This document shows, piece after piece, positions 25,231 to 38,783 of a stretch of 64,000 nucleotides of DNA (its first letter is position 1; every line of letters begins with the position of its first letter). The position numbers were made by a program, and so were the translations under genes. Origin of the DNA: Mobula hypostoma (taxonomy: Eukaryota); contig NC_086097.1 of assembly GCF_963921235.1 (NCBI RefSeq), positions 63,056,001-63,120,000 on the forward strand, in the 5' to 3' direction. The notes under the pieces were generated by a model. That model was not told the origin of the DNA. It worked only from the letters and a program-made list of their open reading frames with translations, and searched no databases.

Positions 25231-27018
25231 CTTCAGTCTATATTCACTTATCTGCTTTGGACTCTCAAGAATGGAGCCCAGTTCTGCAATTTTGATAAAA
25301 GGATTGTGCCACAACAGTTTTGTCTTATGTTGTTCATAATACTGCCAGAGTTGGATCAATTAGATATGACTAATTGTACAATCTGGAACAATTGGCACTG
25401 ATTAGTTTAGGGGCTAACAATAGTTAAAGAAAGCAAACACAACAATTCAATTTTTACTGACAATACTTCTGTGCATTTGCTAAACTATTCTATTTGACAT
25501 TAGCTTCTTTTGTATAAATACTGTGAGACCTGTTAGTAAGAGACAAAAAAATATTGTACTCAGCAGGGTAATTACAAGAAATCATTTAAAATCTCCAAGG
25601 TTTGTAGCTCATCGGCCCTGTTCATCTGGATCAAGTGACAATTAGTATTAATTAGTCCTTGGCTATAATTTTCAGTTACCCGTAGTGTGTGATAAAGCAT
25701 ACACTTTTACGATCCTTGCTTTACAGATGCTTGACCTTATTACTCATTCACCTAATCATCAGATATTTTATATTTTCAGCATGCACATTTCTAAAGTTAA
25801 CTTACTTATGTTAAAAATTGTTCTCAGTATGATGCATTTGCACTCCATTGATCCTCTTTCTATGCAGTCCTGCAATCATTTTAGTAGACCCGCTAGTGAC
25901 AAAGGCAACTAGATAAGTCATATTGCCTTCCAATGCACAGTTAGGGTCCTCTTAACTCAGGGAGCAAGTCACAAGTTTAGAATTCTGACTTAGCCTCCAT
26001 CGTTTCCTACTAATTATTGGAGAGAAATGCTCCAGCAACTGATAATCCAACCCATAAATCCCTTTGTAAAAAAATGCTCTTATTTATATAAGGGAGATGT
26101 CCTGCAGTTAAATAAGTTCCTGAGCAGGCTCTATAAGTATTGTAAAACGGTTGAAAGCAATTTAACTTACATCTCAGTTACAGAGCAGAATGTAAACAAG
26201 TCACCTTTAGAAAAGGCAGGTAAACTCATTTCAATCAGCGAGTGGATTTACAGGGTAAAGGCATGCCGCACTATCCCCATCATGAGCCTAAGTATTCATT
26301 CCTTGTGATCAGCCTCCGCAATGAATCAATGCTACTCTTTTATAAGCAGATCAATGGGCATCATCTCATTCATTGGAGTTTGAACAAATTTCTCAGTCCT
26401 TATACTTGCACTCCTTGTGCATTAGTGAAACAGCTCACCTAATTTAACTACAATTGCCCTGGGTATAGAATCCCTGAAATGAGCTTATTCATGATCCCAA
26501 TTGACTGAGATCTTCTTTCAATGTAGTGGAGTTATTTTAACCTTCAAGAAATAACATCTTAGTTGAAAGGGGTGGGACTGTTAAAACTGGCAAAAAAAAA
26601 CCTGAATCCATGGAAACTGTATCCAAATCAATTGCACACACTTGCTACCTACACACAACCTTGTTGAGAGAGATGAGATTCCCATTATCACGTGGCAAAT
26701 ATTCAATTGGAACAATATTTCAGCTTTCTTTCAGATTTCATGAAATACCCATAGATTTCTTTAAATTTTTCATGAAAGTCAAGGTACAAACACAACAATC
26801 TTAAAGGCTCATGGGAATGCTGCAATAAATATTCAGTTGTAATATGCAGTAAGAAAAGGTTTATATACAGAAATTTCAATTAGTTTACTTTTGACCCTTT
26901 AGAGGTTTCCTAACACAATAAGTGGGCAGCCTAATGGCTTGCTAAGACTCGACAACTAACAAAAACAAATGGTGCTGTGATAATATTTAGCATTTCTCCA
27001 GATCTAGCTTGGGAATGC

Positions 27019-29820
27019 CATAGAACACTGCAAGACAGAAACAGGCGCTTTGGCCTATCTAGTCCATGCCAAATTATGAATCTGCCTAATCCCATCTACC
27101 TGCACATGGAAGTAGGACACCATAGCTCTCCCATCCATTACCCTATTCAAATTTCTCTCAGATTTTGAAATCAAACCTGCGTCCACCACTTCCACTGGCA
27201 GCCCTTTCCACACTCTCACCACCCTCTGTGTGAAGGAGTTTTCCCTTCATGTTCCCCTTAAACATTTCACCTTTCACCTTTAACACATGACCTCAGTGGA
27301 AAAGGCCCGCTTGCATTTACCCCATCTATACCTCTCATAATTTTGTAAATCTCCATCAAATTTCCCCCACATTCTTCTGCATTCTAGGGGATAATGTCCT
27401 AACCTACTCAACCTTGTAACTCAGATCATCAAGACGTGGCAACATTCTTGTAAATAGTCTCTATGCACTTTCAACCGTTTTCATATCTTTCCTGTAGGTA
27501 GATGACCAGAACTGCACACAATACTCCAAATTAGGCCTCATCAATGTCTTATACAATTTCAACATAACATCCTATCTCCTGTATTCATTACTTTCATTTA
27601 TGAAGGGTAATGTGCCAAAATCTCTCCTTCTGACCCTGTAATGCCACTTTTAAAGAAATATGGACTTGTATTCCCAGATTCCTTTGTTCTAATATACTCC
27701 TCAGTGCCTTACCACTCACTGTGTAAGTCCTACTCTGGTTCGCCCTCTCAAAGTGCAACACCTCACACTTGTCTACATTAATTCCATATGCCATTTTTCA
27801 GTGCATTTTTCCAGCTGGCCCAATCACACTGCAAACTTTGATAGCCTTCCTTGCTGTCCACTGTGCCGCCAGTCCTGGTGTCTTCTGCAAATTTGCTCAT
27901 CCAGTTAACCACATTATCATTCAGATCATTGATATAGATGACAAACAACAATGGACTCAGTAATGATCCCTGTGGCACATCAGAAGTCACAGGCCTCCGG
28001 ACAGAGAGGGAGCCATCTACTACCACTCCCTGGCTTCTCCTGCAAAGCCAATATCCAATCCAATTTTCTATTTCATCCTGAATTCCAAGTGACCTTTTCA
28101 TAGGCCTTGTTAAAGTCCATGTAGACTTCATCCACTCCCTTACCATCATCAACTTTCCTTGGAACTTCCTCAGGAAGCTCTGTAAGATTGATTAGACACA
28201 ACCTACCATGCACAAACCCATGTTGACTATCCCTAATCAGTCCCTGTCTATCCAAATACTTATACGCTATATCAGTTCCCTTAGAATAATGTACAATAAC
28301 GTACTCACTCCTGATGTCAGGCTCACTGGCCTATAATTTCCTGTCTTATTCTTCAATCCTTTCTTAAACAACCGAAAAACATTAGCTATCCTCCAATCCT
28401 CCAGCACGTCACCATGGCTAAGAACGTTTTAAATATCTCTTCTATGGCCCCTGCAATTTCTCCACTAGCCTCCCACAAGATCAGGGGATCACCTGTCAGG
28501 CCCTTGGGATTTATCTACTCTAATTTGCCTCAAGACAGCAAACTCCTCTAATCTGTATACAGTCTATGGCCTCACTGCTGCATTGCCCCATGCCTATAGT
28601 CTCTGTGTCCATCTTATGAGTAAATGCAATACAAAAAATCTATTTAAGGATCTTGGCCCAGAACATCAACTGTACTCTTTTCCATAGATGCTGCCTGGTC
28701 TGCTGAGTTCCTCCTGTATTTTGTATGTGCTGTTTAAGAAGTTCCCCATCTTTCATCTCTATGCATAGATGGCAATTCCGATCTCCAAGAGGACCAATGT
28801 TGTCCTTTGCTCTCATTTTGCTCTTAAGATACTTGTAGAAACCTTTGGGATTCTCCTTCACTAGATCCACAATATTCACCTACACAAACATTTTAGAATG
28901 CTGGGGGCTTGTTCTGAAATGTCCAAAATCCTGGCCCCTGGGACACAGCATACCATCTGGGAATTTCAATCTCATCCACAGAAACTCTTGTCTGTTCCTC
29001 TAATCATTATATCCCCAAGAGCCAGACTCAGTGCCAGATATCTGACTTGCATGAGTTTCCTCTGCTGGGTCACCCCCACTCTCTACAGTATCCAAAGTGG
29101 TATCCCTGTTATTGAAGGGAGCAGCCACAGTGGTAGTCAGAACTGGCTGTCTATCCCCTTTCCCTTCCTGACAGTCACACAATTACCTGTATCCTGCACC
29201 TTGGGTGTAATTACCTACCTGCATAGCCTGTTGGTCAACACCTTGGCCTACTAAATGATCTGAATTTTATTCAGATTATTCTCAAATTCCAGCATCTGCA
29301 GATTTTCTCATGTTTTCAAATTCCTTAACAAGGTCTGTTAAAAACTGTAGTTTGATCCACTTCGAGTAGGTGTACTGGAGGTACACCTGGGACACTGGAA
29401 GTCTCCTGCCTTCTCACATCTCATAACAAAAGCATTCCACTATCCTGGCATCCCCACTGCATAGTACAATAAGAAAGAAAGAGAATTAAATTAAATACGT
29501 CTAATTACAGCCTTTGTCCCTTTTCACCTAAGCCTCTTGAGCCAAAGCCTCAACTCCCCATTCTAACACTGGCCCACTCCAACAATGGCCACTCCCACAC
29601 TTAAACCTAACATCTTTTTATTGGCCCTTGCCAAGTTTCTAATTACACACAACCCAATGTCTCCTTGGGAACTGTGGTGTGCAGAATGTCCTGAATGTCC
29701 CCACTTGCTTTGTTTGAAATTCATCTCCCATTACACCAATCCAACCAAGACACACAAAGTGCAGGAGGAACTCGGGAGGCCAGGCAGCAGCATCTCCTTG
29801 GGAACTATGGTGCGCAAAAT
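27019..29820 (-). mobile_element. CR1 LINE (CR1-C), 5'UTR to tail but with large internal deletions
   Basis: RT motifs DSQHGF, VPQGSLLSPLLFVIYINDL, KFAEDT, KENPKGFYKYLKSK; ORF1 remnants at 28900-29400; tail near 27019. Confidence 0.85.
28649..28729 (+). mobile_element. Short Penelope-derived insertion in CR1-C
   Basis: Flanked by ctatttaag/ctgtttaag; contains atagatgctgcctggtctgctgagttcctcc. Confidence 0.7.
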
Positions 29821-30824
29821 CTTACGTTAGTAACATATGAAAATTAACAGTGCTCCACAATTCGAAATCCACAGGGGATGAGTCACATCCCATTAAACTA
29901 CTCATGCCTATCTGCAGTCATGGCTGTACATGTGATTAACCAGGATAGCTTTCCGTAGAATTTTCTGGATATGCTACTGGGAGATCTGAATCCAGATCCC
30001 AGAAAGGACAGTGATAGAGCAGGAGAAGGGAGCAAGAAAAATCAATTCAAGTGTTAACATTCTAACAAGTTGATCACCTGTGTATAGGATTAACGGAAAT
30101 AGATTTTGTTCTTGAATTTTGTAAACATGGTATATTTCATTGCAATCAAGTTCTTAAAACTTAACAGCATCACTGAGTCTTTGTGTGCTCTTTTCTCACT
30201 TTGCAGATATTTAGTACGTGCACCGACGTTGCTCAGATTTTCTACTCCATCAATGAGCAGGCATTGGTGAACCACAAAAAGTTATTTCCTTGGTCATCTT
30301 GTGGTGTTTTCTTCCTGCAACTGTTAAGCTTGCTAATGTCTTTGTTACTCCTTATGTACATTTAAGGGATCGGAGATAAGAAATACCCAATTCAAACATG
30401 GAAACTGCCACCCTTATGAACAAATACATATGAAGTCCAACTGCACTGTGCTGTGCCATAAAGCCAATAAACTTGCAATTGCACATACTAGAGAAATGCT
30501 GAATTTGCCCCCTCCCAATACCTAGGCAAATCTAGAGGTGGCTGAATAAATCAATGGATAGGAATTTTCGAAATGAAGATTAATAATCTTCTATCTTGTC
30601 TTGTGTCTTTGATGAATTTTTATCCCTTGACATCAAAGTAGGAGCAAACAAAGGGGATACTGCACGAATGCCAGAGTTGGAAGGAAGAAGAGAGCAGGGC
30701 TTATGATCCAATACGCACTACACCAAGTTACTGAGTAAACACACATCACTGCAGAATAAATATAATCTTATAGCTAAAATAAGAGACAGCATTTGGATGA
30801 GTGTGGCATCAATAAAATATCAAA

Positions 30825-31305
30825 GAATTGGCATATAGGAGGCAGATTGAAAATCTAGTTGAAAGGTGTCACAACAACAACCTCTCACTCAACATCATCA
30901 AAAGAAAAGAGCCGATTATTGAATACAGGATTAGGAAACCAAAGGTCCATGAGCCAGGCATCATCAGAGGATTGGAAGTGGAGAGGGTCAGTAACTTTAA
31001 ATTCCTTTGCGTTATCATCTCAGAGGATGTGTCCTGGGACCAGCATGTAGTGCCATCACAAAGAAGATATAACATTGCTCTAACTTCTTAGAAGTTTGAG
31101 TGCATTCAGCATGTCATCTGAAACTTTGATAATCTTCTACATATGCACAGTGGAGAGTATCCTGAGTGGGTCCACAATGACGTGGTACGGGAAAGCCTAC
31201 AAAAAATAGTGGATACAGCCCAGTCCATCACAAGAAAACCCATTCCCACCACTGAGAACAACTTCAAGGAGTACTGCATCCATCAATAAGAACCCCCACC
31301 AGCCA
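30825..31305 (+). mobile_element. Rex1/Babar LINE RT C-terminal fragment
   Basis: AYRRQIENLVERCHNNNLSLNI...VERVSNFKFL. Confidence 0.8.
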
Positions 31306-31495
31306 TGCTTACTTACATCCACTTCCGCAAAGCTTTTGACTCCATTCACCGAGGTAAAATGCTGAAGATACTGAAAGCTTACGAAGTGCCAGACTGTCTA
31401 CTGAGAGCAATAGAGTCCAGCTATAGCAAAACCAAGGCGAAAGTTGTATCACCAGACAGAGAAACAGTAGTGTTCGAGATCCTAGCTGATGTGCT
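31306..31495 (+). mobile_element. Non-LTR RT fragment (RTE-like)
   Basis: YIHFRKAFDSIHRGKMLKILKAYEVP. Confidence 0.65.
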
Positions 31496-31499
31496 GCCA

Positions 31500-34446
31500 T
31501 TGGGATAAGTTGTGTGCAATAAAGTTGCAGTGAAATCAAAGCAAAAAGTACCAAATACTGGTCTTAAACTGTTATACTTAAATGCACACAGCATAAGGAA
31601 TAAGGTGGATGATCTTGTCGTACAGCTACAGATTGGCAGGTATGATATTGTGGCCATCACTGAGACGTGGCTAAAGGATGCATGTCTCTGGGAGCTGAAC
31701 GTCCAAGGATACACGGTGTATCGGAAGGATAGGAAGGTAAGCAGAGGGGGAGGCATGGCTTTATTGGTAAGAAATGATATTAAATCATTAGAAAGAGGTG
31801 ACATAGGATTGGAAGGTGCAGAATCTTTATGGGTTGAACTAAGAAGTCGCAGGGGTAAAAGGACCCTGATGGCAGTTATATACAGGCCTCCAAATAGCTG
31901 CAGTGATGTGGACTACAAATTACAACAGGAAATAGAAAAGGCTTGTCAGAAGGGCAGTGTTATGATAATTGTGGGGGATTTTAACATGCGAGTGGATTGG
32001 GAAAATCAGGTCGGCACTGGATCTCAAGAGAGAGAATTTGTAAAATGTCTGCGAGATGGCTTTCCAGAACAGTTTGTTGTTGAGCCCACTAGGGGATCGG
32101 CTGTAGTGGATTGGGTATTGTGTAATGAACCAGAGGTGATTAGAGAGATTGAGGTGAAGGAACCCTCAGGAGGCAGTGATCACAACATGATTGAGTTCAC
32201 TGTGAAATTTGAAAAAGAGAAGCCGATATCGGATGTGTCGGTATTTCAGTGGAGTAAAGGAAATTATAGTGACATGAGAGAGGAACTGGCCAAAGTTGAC
32301 TGGAAAGGGACACTGGTGGGAAAGACAGCAGAGCAGCAGTGGCTGGAGTTTATGCGAGAAGTGAGGAAGGTGCAGGACAGGTATATTCCAAAAAAGAAGA
32401 AATTTTCGAATGGAAAAAGGATGCTACCGTGGCTGACAAGAGAAGTCAAAGCCAAAGTTAAAGCAAAGGAAAGGGCATACAAGGAAGCAAAAATTAGTGG
32501 GAAGACAAAGGATTGGGAAGGTTTTAAAAGCTTAAAGAAGGTCATTAAGAGGGAAAAGATTAACTATGAAAGGAAGCTAGCAAATAATATCAAAGAGGAT
32601 ACTAAAAGCTTTTTCAAGTATATAAAGAGTAAAAGACAGATGAGAGTAGATATAGTACCAATAGAAAATGATGCTGGAGAAATTGTAATGGGAGATAAGG
32701 AGATGGTGAAGGAACTGAATGAGTATTTTGCATCAGTCTTCACTGAGAAAGACATCAGCAGTATACCGGACACTCAAGGGTGGCAGGGAAGAGAAGTGTG
32801 CGCAGTCACAATTACAACAGAGAAAGTACTCAGGAAGCTGAATAGTCTAAAGGTAGATAAATCTCCCGGACCAGATGGAATGCACCCGCGTGTTCTGAAG
32901 GAAGTAGCTGTGGAGATCGTGGAGGCATTAGTGATGATCTTTCAAAAGTCAATAGATTCTGGCATGGTTCCAGAGGACTGGAAGATTGCAAATATCACTC
33001 CGCTATTTAAGAAGGGGGCAAGGAAGCAAAAAGGAAATTATAGACCTGTTAGCTTGACATCGGTGGTTGGGAAGTTGTTGGAGTCAATTGTCAAGAATGA
33101 GGTTACAGAGTACCTGGAGGCATATAACAAGATAGGCAGAACTCAGCATGTTTTCCTCAAAGGAAAATCCTGCCTGACAAACCTATTGCAATTTATTGAG
33201 GAAATTACAAGTAGGCTAGACAAGGGAGATGCAGTGGATGTTGTATATTTGGATTTTCAAAAGGCCTTTGACAAGGTGCCACACATGAGACTACTTAACG
33301 AGATAAGAGCCCATGGAATTACGGGAAAGTTACATACATGGATAGAGTGTTGGCTGGTTGGCAGGAAACAGAGAGTGGGAATAAAGGGATCCTATTCTGG
33401 TTGGCTGCCGGTTACCAGTGGTGTTCCACAGGGGTCCGTATTGGGGTTGCTTCTTTTTACATTGTACATCAACGATTTGGATATGGAAAAGATGGCTTTG
33501 TGGCTAAGTTTGCTGACGATACGAAGATAGGTGGAGAGGCCGGTAGTGCTGAGGAAACAGCGAGTCTGCAGGGAGACTTGGATAGATTGGAAGAATGGGC
33601 AAAGAAGTGGCAAATGAAATACAATGTTGGAAAGTGTATGGTTATGCACTTTGGCAGAAGGAGTAAACGGGCAGACTATTATTTAAATGGGGAGAGAATT
33701 CAAAGTTCTGAGATGCAACGGAACTTGGGAGTCCTCATACAGGATACCCTTAAGGTTAACCTCCAGGTTGAGTCAGTGGTGAAGAAGGCGAATGCAATGT
33801 TGTCATTCATTTCGAGAGGAATAGAGTATAGGAGCAGGGATGTGATGTTGAGGATCTATAAGGTGCTGGTGAGACCTCACTTGGAGTACTGTGGGCAGTT
33901 TTGGTCTCCTTATTTAAGAAAGGATGTGCTGATGTTAGAGAGGGTACAGAGAAGATTCACTAGAATGGTTCCGGGAATGAGAGGGTTAACATATGAGGAA
34001 CATTTGTCCGCTCTTGGACTGTATTCCTTGGAGCTTAGAAGAATGAGGGGAGACCTCATAGAAACGTTTCAAATGTTGAAAGGCATGGACAGAGTGGATG
34101 TGGCAAAGTTGTTTCCCATGGTGGGGGAGTCTAGTACGAGAGGGCATGACTTAAGGATTGAAGGGCGCCCATTCAGAACAGAAATGTGAAGAAATTTTTT
34201 TAGTCAGAGGGTGGTGAATCTATGGAATTTGTTGCCACAGTCTGCAGTGGAGGCCAAGTCACTGGGTGTGTTTAGGGCAGAGATTGATAGGTATCTGAGT
34301 AGCCAGGGCATCAAAGGTTATGGTAAGAAGGCGGGGGAGTGGGACTAAATGGGAGAATGGATCAGCTCATGATAAAATGGCGGAGCAGACTTGATGGGCC
34401 GAATGCGACTTCTGCTCCTTTATGTTATGGTCTTATTGTCTTATGG
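31500..34446 (+). mobile_element. CR1 LINE (CR1-D), 5'-truncated just upstream of ORF2
   Basis: Complete EN-RT ORF2 plus 3'UTR ending ttatggtcttattgtcttatgg. Confidence 0.95.
31512..34189 (+). pseudogene. CR1 ORF2p (APE endonuclease + reverse transcriptase), near-intact
   Basis: 672-aa ORF (YLNAHSI, ITETWL, GDFN, SDH, YRPVSLTS, QGSVLG), then a frameshift near 33480 into the ORF with KFADDT; TGA at 34187 looks premature. Confidence 0.93.
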
Positions 34447-34700
34447 CACAGCACAGTAGTTTTGTACCGTCAAAGTCAATCCTATGGCCATGAGAATACA
34501 ATGTTCTGCTACCACCAATTTCTCCTGGTAACCCAAACAGATACACTTCCTGTGCTCCTTGATATGGATTTCCACCATGCATCCTGTCTGGCCGATATAC
34601 GCTTCTCTGCATTCACAGGGTATCCTGGAAATGACAGCCAACCTGAGTCCCAGGTCATCTTTGACACGCATAATGTATGATTTGAGCTTCTTTACGATTA
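34447..34700 (-). mobile_element. Penelope-like element GIY-YIG endonuclease fragment
   Basis: VISRIPCECREAYIGQTG....HIKEH...VAEH in ORF 34441..34671. Confidence 0.85.
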
Positions 34701-34875
34701 GGAGGGGTGGACTAGAGGGGTATTAATACCACTGGACTAGATGTGCCCAACCATCATCCCTGATGAAGATGGCAGAGTCTGTCATCAAAATGTCAGTTAA
34801 AATTGATACCTGTACCCGGCTGGAAGCCCAAGAAGAGGTCATTCATTATATATACCATGAAAGCACGAGATTCTT
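34701..34875 (+). mobile_element. Penelope pseudo-LTR fragment with a hammerhead-like motif, inverted relative to the GIY-YIG piece
   Basis: CTGATGA-A-gatggcag-agt-ctgtcatc-AAAATGTC at 34760-34794. Confidence 0.65.
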
Positions 34876-34995
34876 TTTAACAATTAATCTGCTTTTAATT
34901 TTTTGGTAGGATCTGATTCATCATACTAAAACAAAATACTGTTGGACCGATACACTTATATTTAAATGAGTATTCCACACATGAGTTGAAATATG

Positions 34996-35169
34996 AGGCA
35001 GGTATGATAGGGTCTTTTAAGAGGCTCCTGGATAGGTACATGGAGCTTAGGAAAATAGAGGGCTATGGGTAACCCTAGGTAATTTCTATAGTAAGGACAT
35101 GTTAGGCACGGCTTTGTGGGCCAAAGGGCCTGTACTGTGCTGTAGGTTTTCTACGTTTTTTTGTTTCTA
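34996..35169 (+). mobile_element. CR1 3' end (CR1-A family)
   Basis: Closely matches 19716-19889. Confidence 0.88.
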
Positions 35170-35414
35170 GCTCAGTATATTGAAATTTCGTTCTCCTTAA
35201 TGAAGTAGAAGGAAAAGGACATGATATGAAAGGACTAAACTAAAGATAGGAAAATATGTGAGATGGATAAAGAATATTTACCTTGCACCTGTCTTACCAA
35301 AGATGCCACAGCAAAGGCAATTACCGTTGCTTACAGCTATATGTCGGTCTGTAATTATATGCAGGGGAGGACTTTCACTAAACCTGAGTATAAATTATGG
35401 GCACTTCAATGTAC

Positions 35415-36700
35415 TGAATTGAATTGACTTTATTTCTTACATCCTTCACATACATGAGTAAAAACCATACGTTACGTCTCCATCTAAATGTGCAATGTGC
35501 AGTCATAGTAATTTATGATAATTTTTTTAAAATAGAACAGTCAATGTAATATCGGGTACACTCAAGTCTGCGTGAGTTCATCAGTCTGATGGCCTGGTGG
35601 AAGAAGCTGTCCCGGAACCTGTTGGTCCTGGCTTTTGTGCTGTGGTACCACTTCCAAATGGTAGCAGCTGGAATAGACTATGGCTGGGGTGTCTTGGGTC
35701 TCCAATGATCCTATGGGCCCTTTTTACACACCTGTCCTTGTAAACGTCCTGAATCATGGGAAGAACTTCAGATGCGCTGAGCTGACTGCACCACTCTCTG
35801 TGGAGTCCTGCGATTAAGGGAGATACAGTTCCCATACCAGGCAGTGATGCAGCCAATCAGGATGCTCTCAATTGTGCCCCTGTGGAAAGTTCTTAGGAAT
35901 TGGGGGCCCATACCAAACTTCCTCAACCATCTGAGGTGAAAGAGGCGCTGTTGTGCCTTTTTCACCTCACAGTTGGTGTGTACAGACCATGTGAGGTCCT
36001 CAGTGATGTGGATGCCAAAGAACTTAAAGCAGTTTACCGTCTCAACCTCAGATCAAGTTAGGTCAATAGGGGTTAGCCCATCTCCATTCTTCCAGTAATC
36101 CACAACCAGCTCCTTTGCTTTTGCGACATTGAGGGAGAGGTTGTTTTCTTGACACCACTGTGTCAGAGAGATGACTTCTTCCCTGTAGGCAACTTCGTTA
36201 TTGTTTGAGATAACGCCAATCAATATAGTATCGTCAGCAAATTTAATTAGCAGATTGGAGCTGTGGGTAGAGATACAGTCATGGGTGTACATGGAATAAA
36301 GGAGGGGTCTCAGTACGCAGCTCTGAGGGGCTCCTGTATTAAGAGTCAGAGGGTTGGAGGTGAGGGAGCCCACTCTTACAACCTGCTGGCAATCTGACAG
36401 GAAGTCCAGGATCCAGCTGCACAAGGCAGGGTGAAGGCCGAGGTCTCTGAGCTTCTTGTAGAGCCTGGAGGGAATTATGGTGTTGAATGCTGAAATGTAG
36501 ACCAAAAACAGCATTCTCACATAAGCATCCTTCTTCTCCAGATGTGTAAGGACAGTATGTAGAGCAGTGGCTATTGCATCATCTGTCGATCAGTTGTGTC
36601 GGTAGGCAAATGGTAGGGGGTCCAGTGTGGGTGGTAGCATGCTGCAGATGTAATCCTTGACCAAAGCATTTGCTGATTATTGAGGTGAGTGCAACAGGTC
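35415..36700 (-). mobile_element. Rex1/Babar LINE, 5'-truncated
   Basis: [44 protein letters not shown]; (TTCAA)n-like tail. Confidence 0.9.
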
Positions 36701-36889
36701 AAAGAAATAATGAAAAAGTCAAAAGAAATTATAGACATAAACAGTAAACTGTTGGTGAAGCATGAACAGACATTGTAAGCAAAAACTTGACTGGCAGTTA
36801 ACAAACTCCTACCGTACTTTGAAATTGAATTCTTAAGGTATTTAAAACAAGATGTGAATGTATTTTAGATAAATCCATCTAGAAATATT

Positions 36890-37292
36890 CAGAATCAGAA
36901 TCCGGTTTATTATCACTGGTATGTGTCGTGAAATTTGTTAACTTAGCAGCAGTTGCTCAACGCAATACATAATATAGAAGAAAAACACAAAATAAAATAA
37001 TAATAATTAATTAATTAATTACAGTATACATATATTGAATAGATTAAGAAACATGCAAAAAAAGACCCAGAAATAATATATATTAAAAAGTGAGGTAGTG
37101 TCCAAGGGTTCAATGTCCATTCAGGAATCAGATGGCAGAGGGGAAGAAGATGTTCCTGAATCACAGAGTGTGTGCCTTCGGGCTTCTGTACCTCCTACCT
37201 GACGGTAACAGTAAGAAAAGGGCATGCCCTGGGTCCTGGAGGACCTTAATAATGGACGTTGCCTTTCTGAGACACTGCTCCTTGAAGATCTC
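36890..37292 (-). mobile_element. Rex1/Babar 3' fragment
   Basis: (GATTCT)n tail seen as cagaatcagaatc; homologous to the reverse complement of 52200-52556. Confidence 0.8.
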
Positions 37293-38783
37293 CTTTATTG
37301 AATATTGGGTCTTTGGTAGACTGATAGATCATTTGCAATGAATAAAAATTATTGTATTAAGTATTTACTTATCCAAGATTACACACCATTACAGCAGAGA
37401 GCAAAAACTAAATGCATTTTTGTTTAGCAAATCTGATGTGCATTATATATTTAAAAAATGCCCAAGAACCAGCCATCAGCAAGGACAACAGTTAATTGGC
37501 ATGGAAGCAAAGTGGAAGGGCAAACCAAGGAGAGGACACAAGATTGGAATTTAACTTTTTCCTTTATTTATTATTATAAATACACCTGTTGTATGCTAGT
37601 AAAGGTAGAGATTGAAAAAAGATATCTGGTCCCCAAGGTTACAAACTGAAAGCTGGTGATTTGAATAAATAGACTGTATCTATCATGGAAACAATCAGTA
37701 AATTCACTGAAGCAATAAGAAAGTCATTTGCATCTGGATCTTGTCCAAAAGAGTGAAATACATCATGGTGACTGAGCAGAGATGAACTTTTGGCCACAAA
37801 ATGCTGGAGAAAATAACCATTTGTGAATATGCAAATTGATCTGCATTGCTACAGGTTCAACCTTTGATTACAACCCATTTTCGTTCATGTGGAATAGACA
37901 ATAGGTCTTTCAGCACTTTATAAACATAGCAATGCGTCTTCTTCTAAGTAGCTAAAAACTTTATAGTGTCTTTCAAGTCTCCTTCGGGATGTTAAAATAT
38001 TTTACAACCAATTAAGTACTTTTGAAATGAATCATTACTCTATTGTGGGAAATGCAGTAGCCAGTTTATGTGAAGCAAACTCTCATAAATAACAGCGCAA
38101 TGAACAGAATCAGAATCGGGTTTAATATCACACCAGATGTTGGTAATTTTAAACATAAATATTCAACTTTACCATATTTCTTGAAAGGCTTTGGCCAAGA
38201 CATTGGATATCCTAAACTTCTATTTAATAGCATTGTGCATTGCTTTGCCTTGGGAAGCACATCTTACTTGTTGACATTGCCAGAGAACAATCCGAAACAC
38301 ATAAAGTAACATCAACATAAACATAGATATTCTAAACTTCCTGCGAGATGATTACTACTTGTCAACATTTGTCTTTCCACAAAATCCATAGCAGATCTCT
38401 GACTTCCAGCAGGGCTGGCACAGGTTCAATAACTCTGTTCACTTCCATTGAGGCACAGCGCCTCAGGTGATAATTAATTCTGAAAAATGTAAATGATATA
38501 AAACTTGAATTAATTTTAAAATATTTAATTGTAATGTCAAGTGTGCTTAAATGCATGCAATTGTATTTGTATGTTTTCTAGTCTGTAATTATTTTAATTG
38601 AAAATGATTCTTACATTTTTTTTCAACAGCATGACTAATTGTTGATAGTTCTTGATTATTTTTAAATGGAATGTCAGTGACATTCACAGTTTTCAAACAG
38701 TAGGAGTTGCTTTTACATTATCAGCTGTCAAAGCAGTTTTGTGAATATGCTTGGTACTTTCAGAGGAAGGTTCCATACTGTGT

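Noticed and set aside
38362..38480. Minus-strand exon after the acceptor-like atttacatttttcag
   Set aside because: No recognisable peptide, no clear donor and no partner exon
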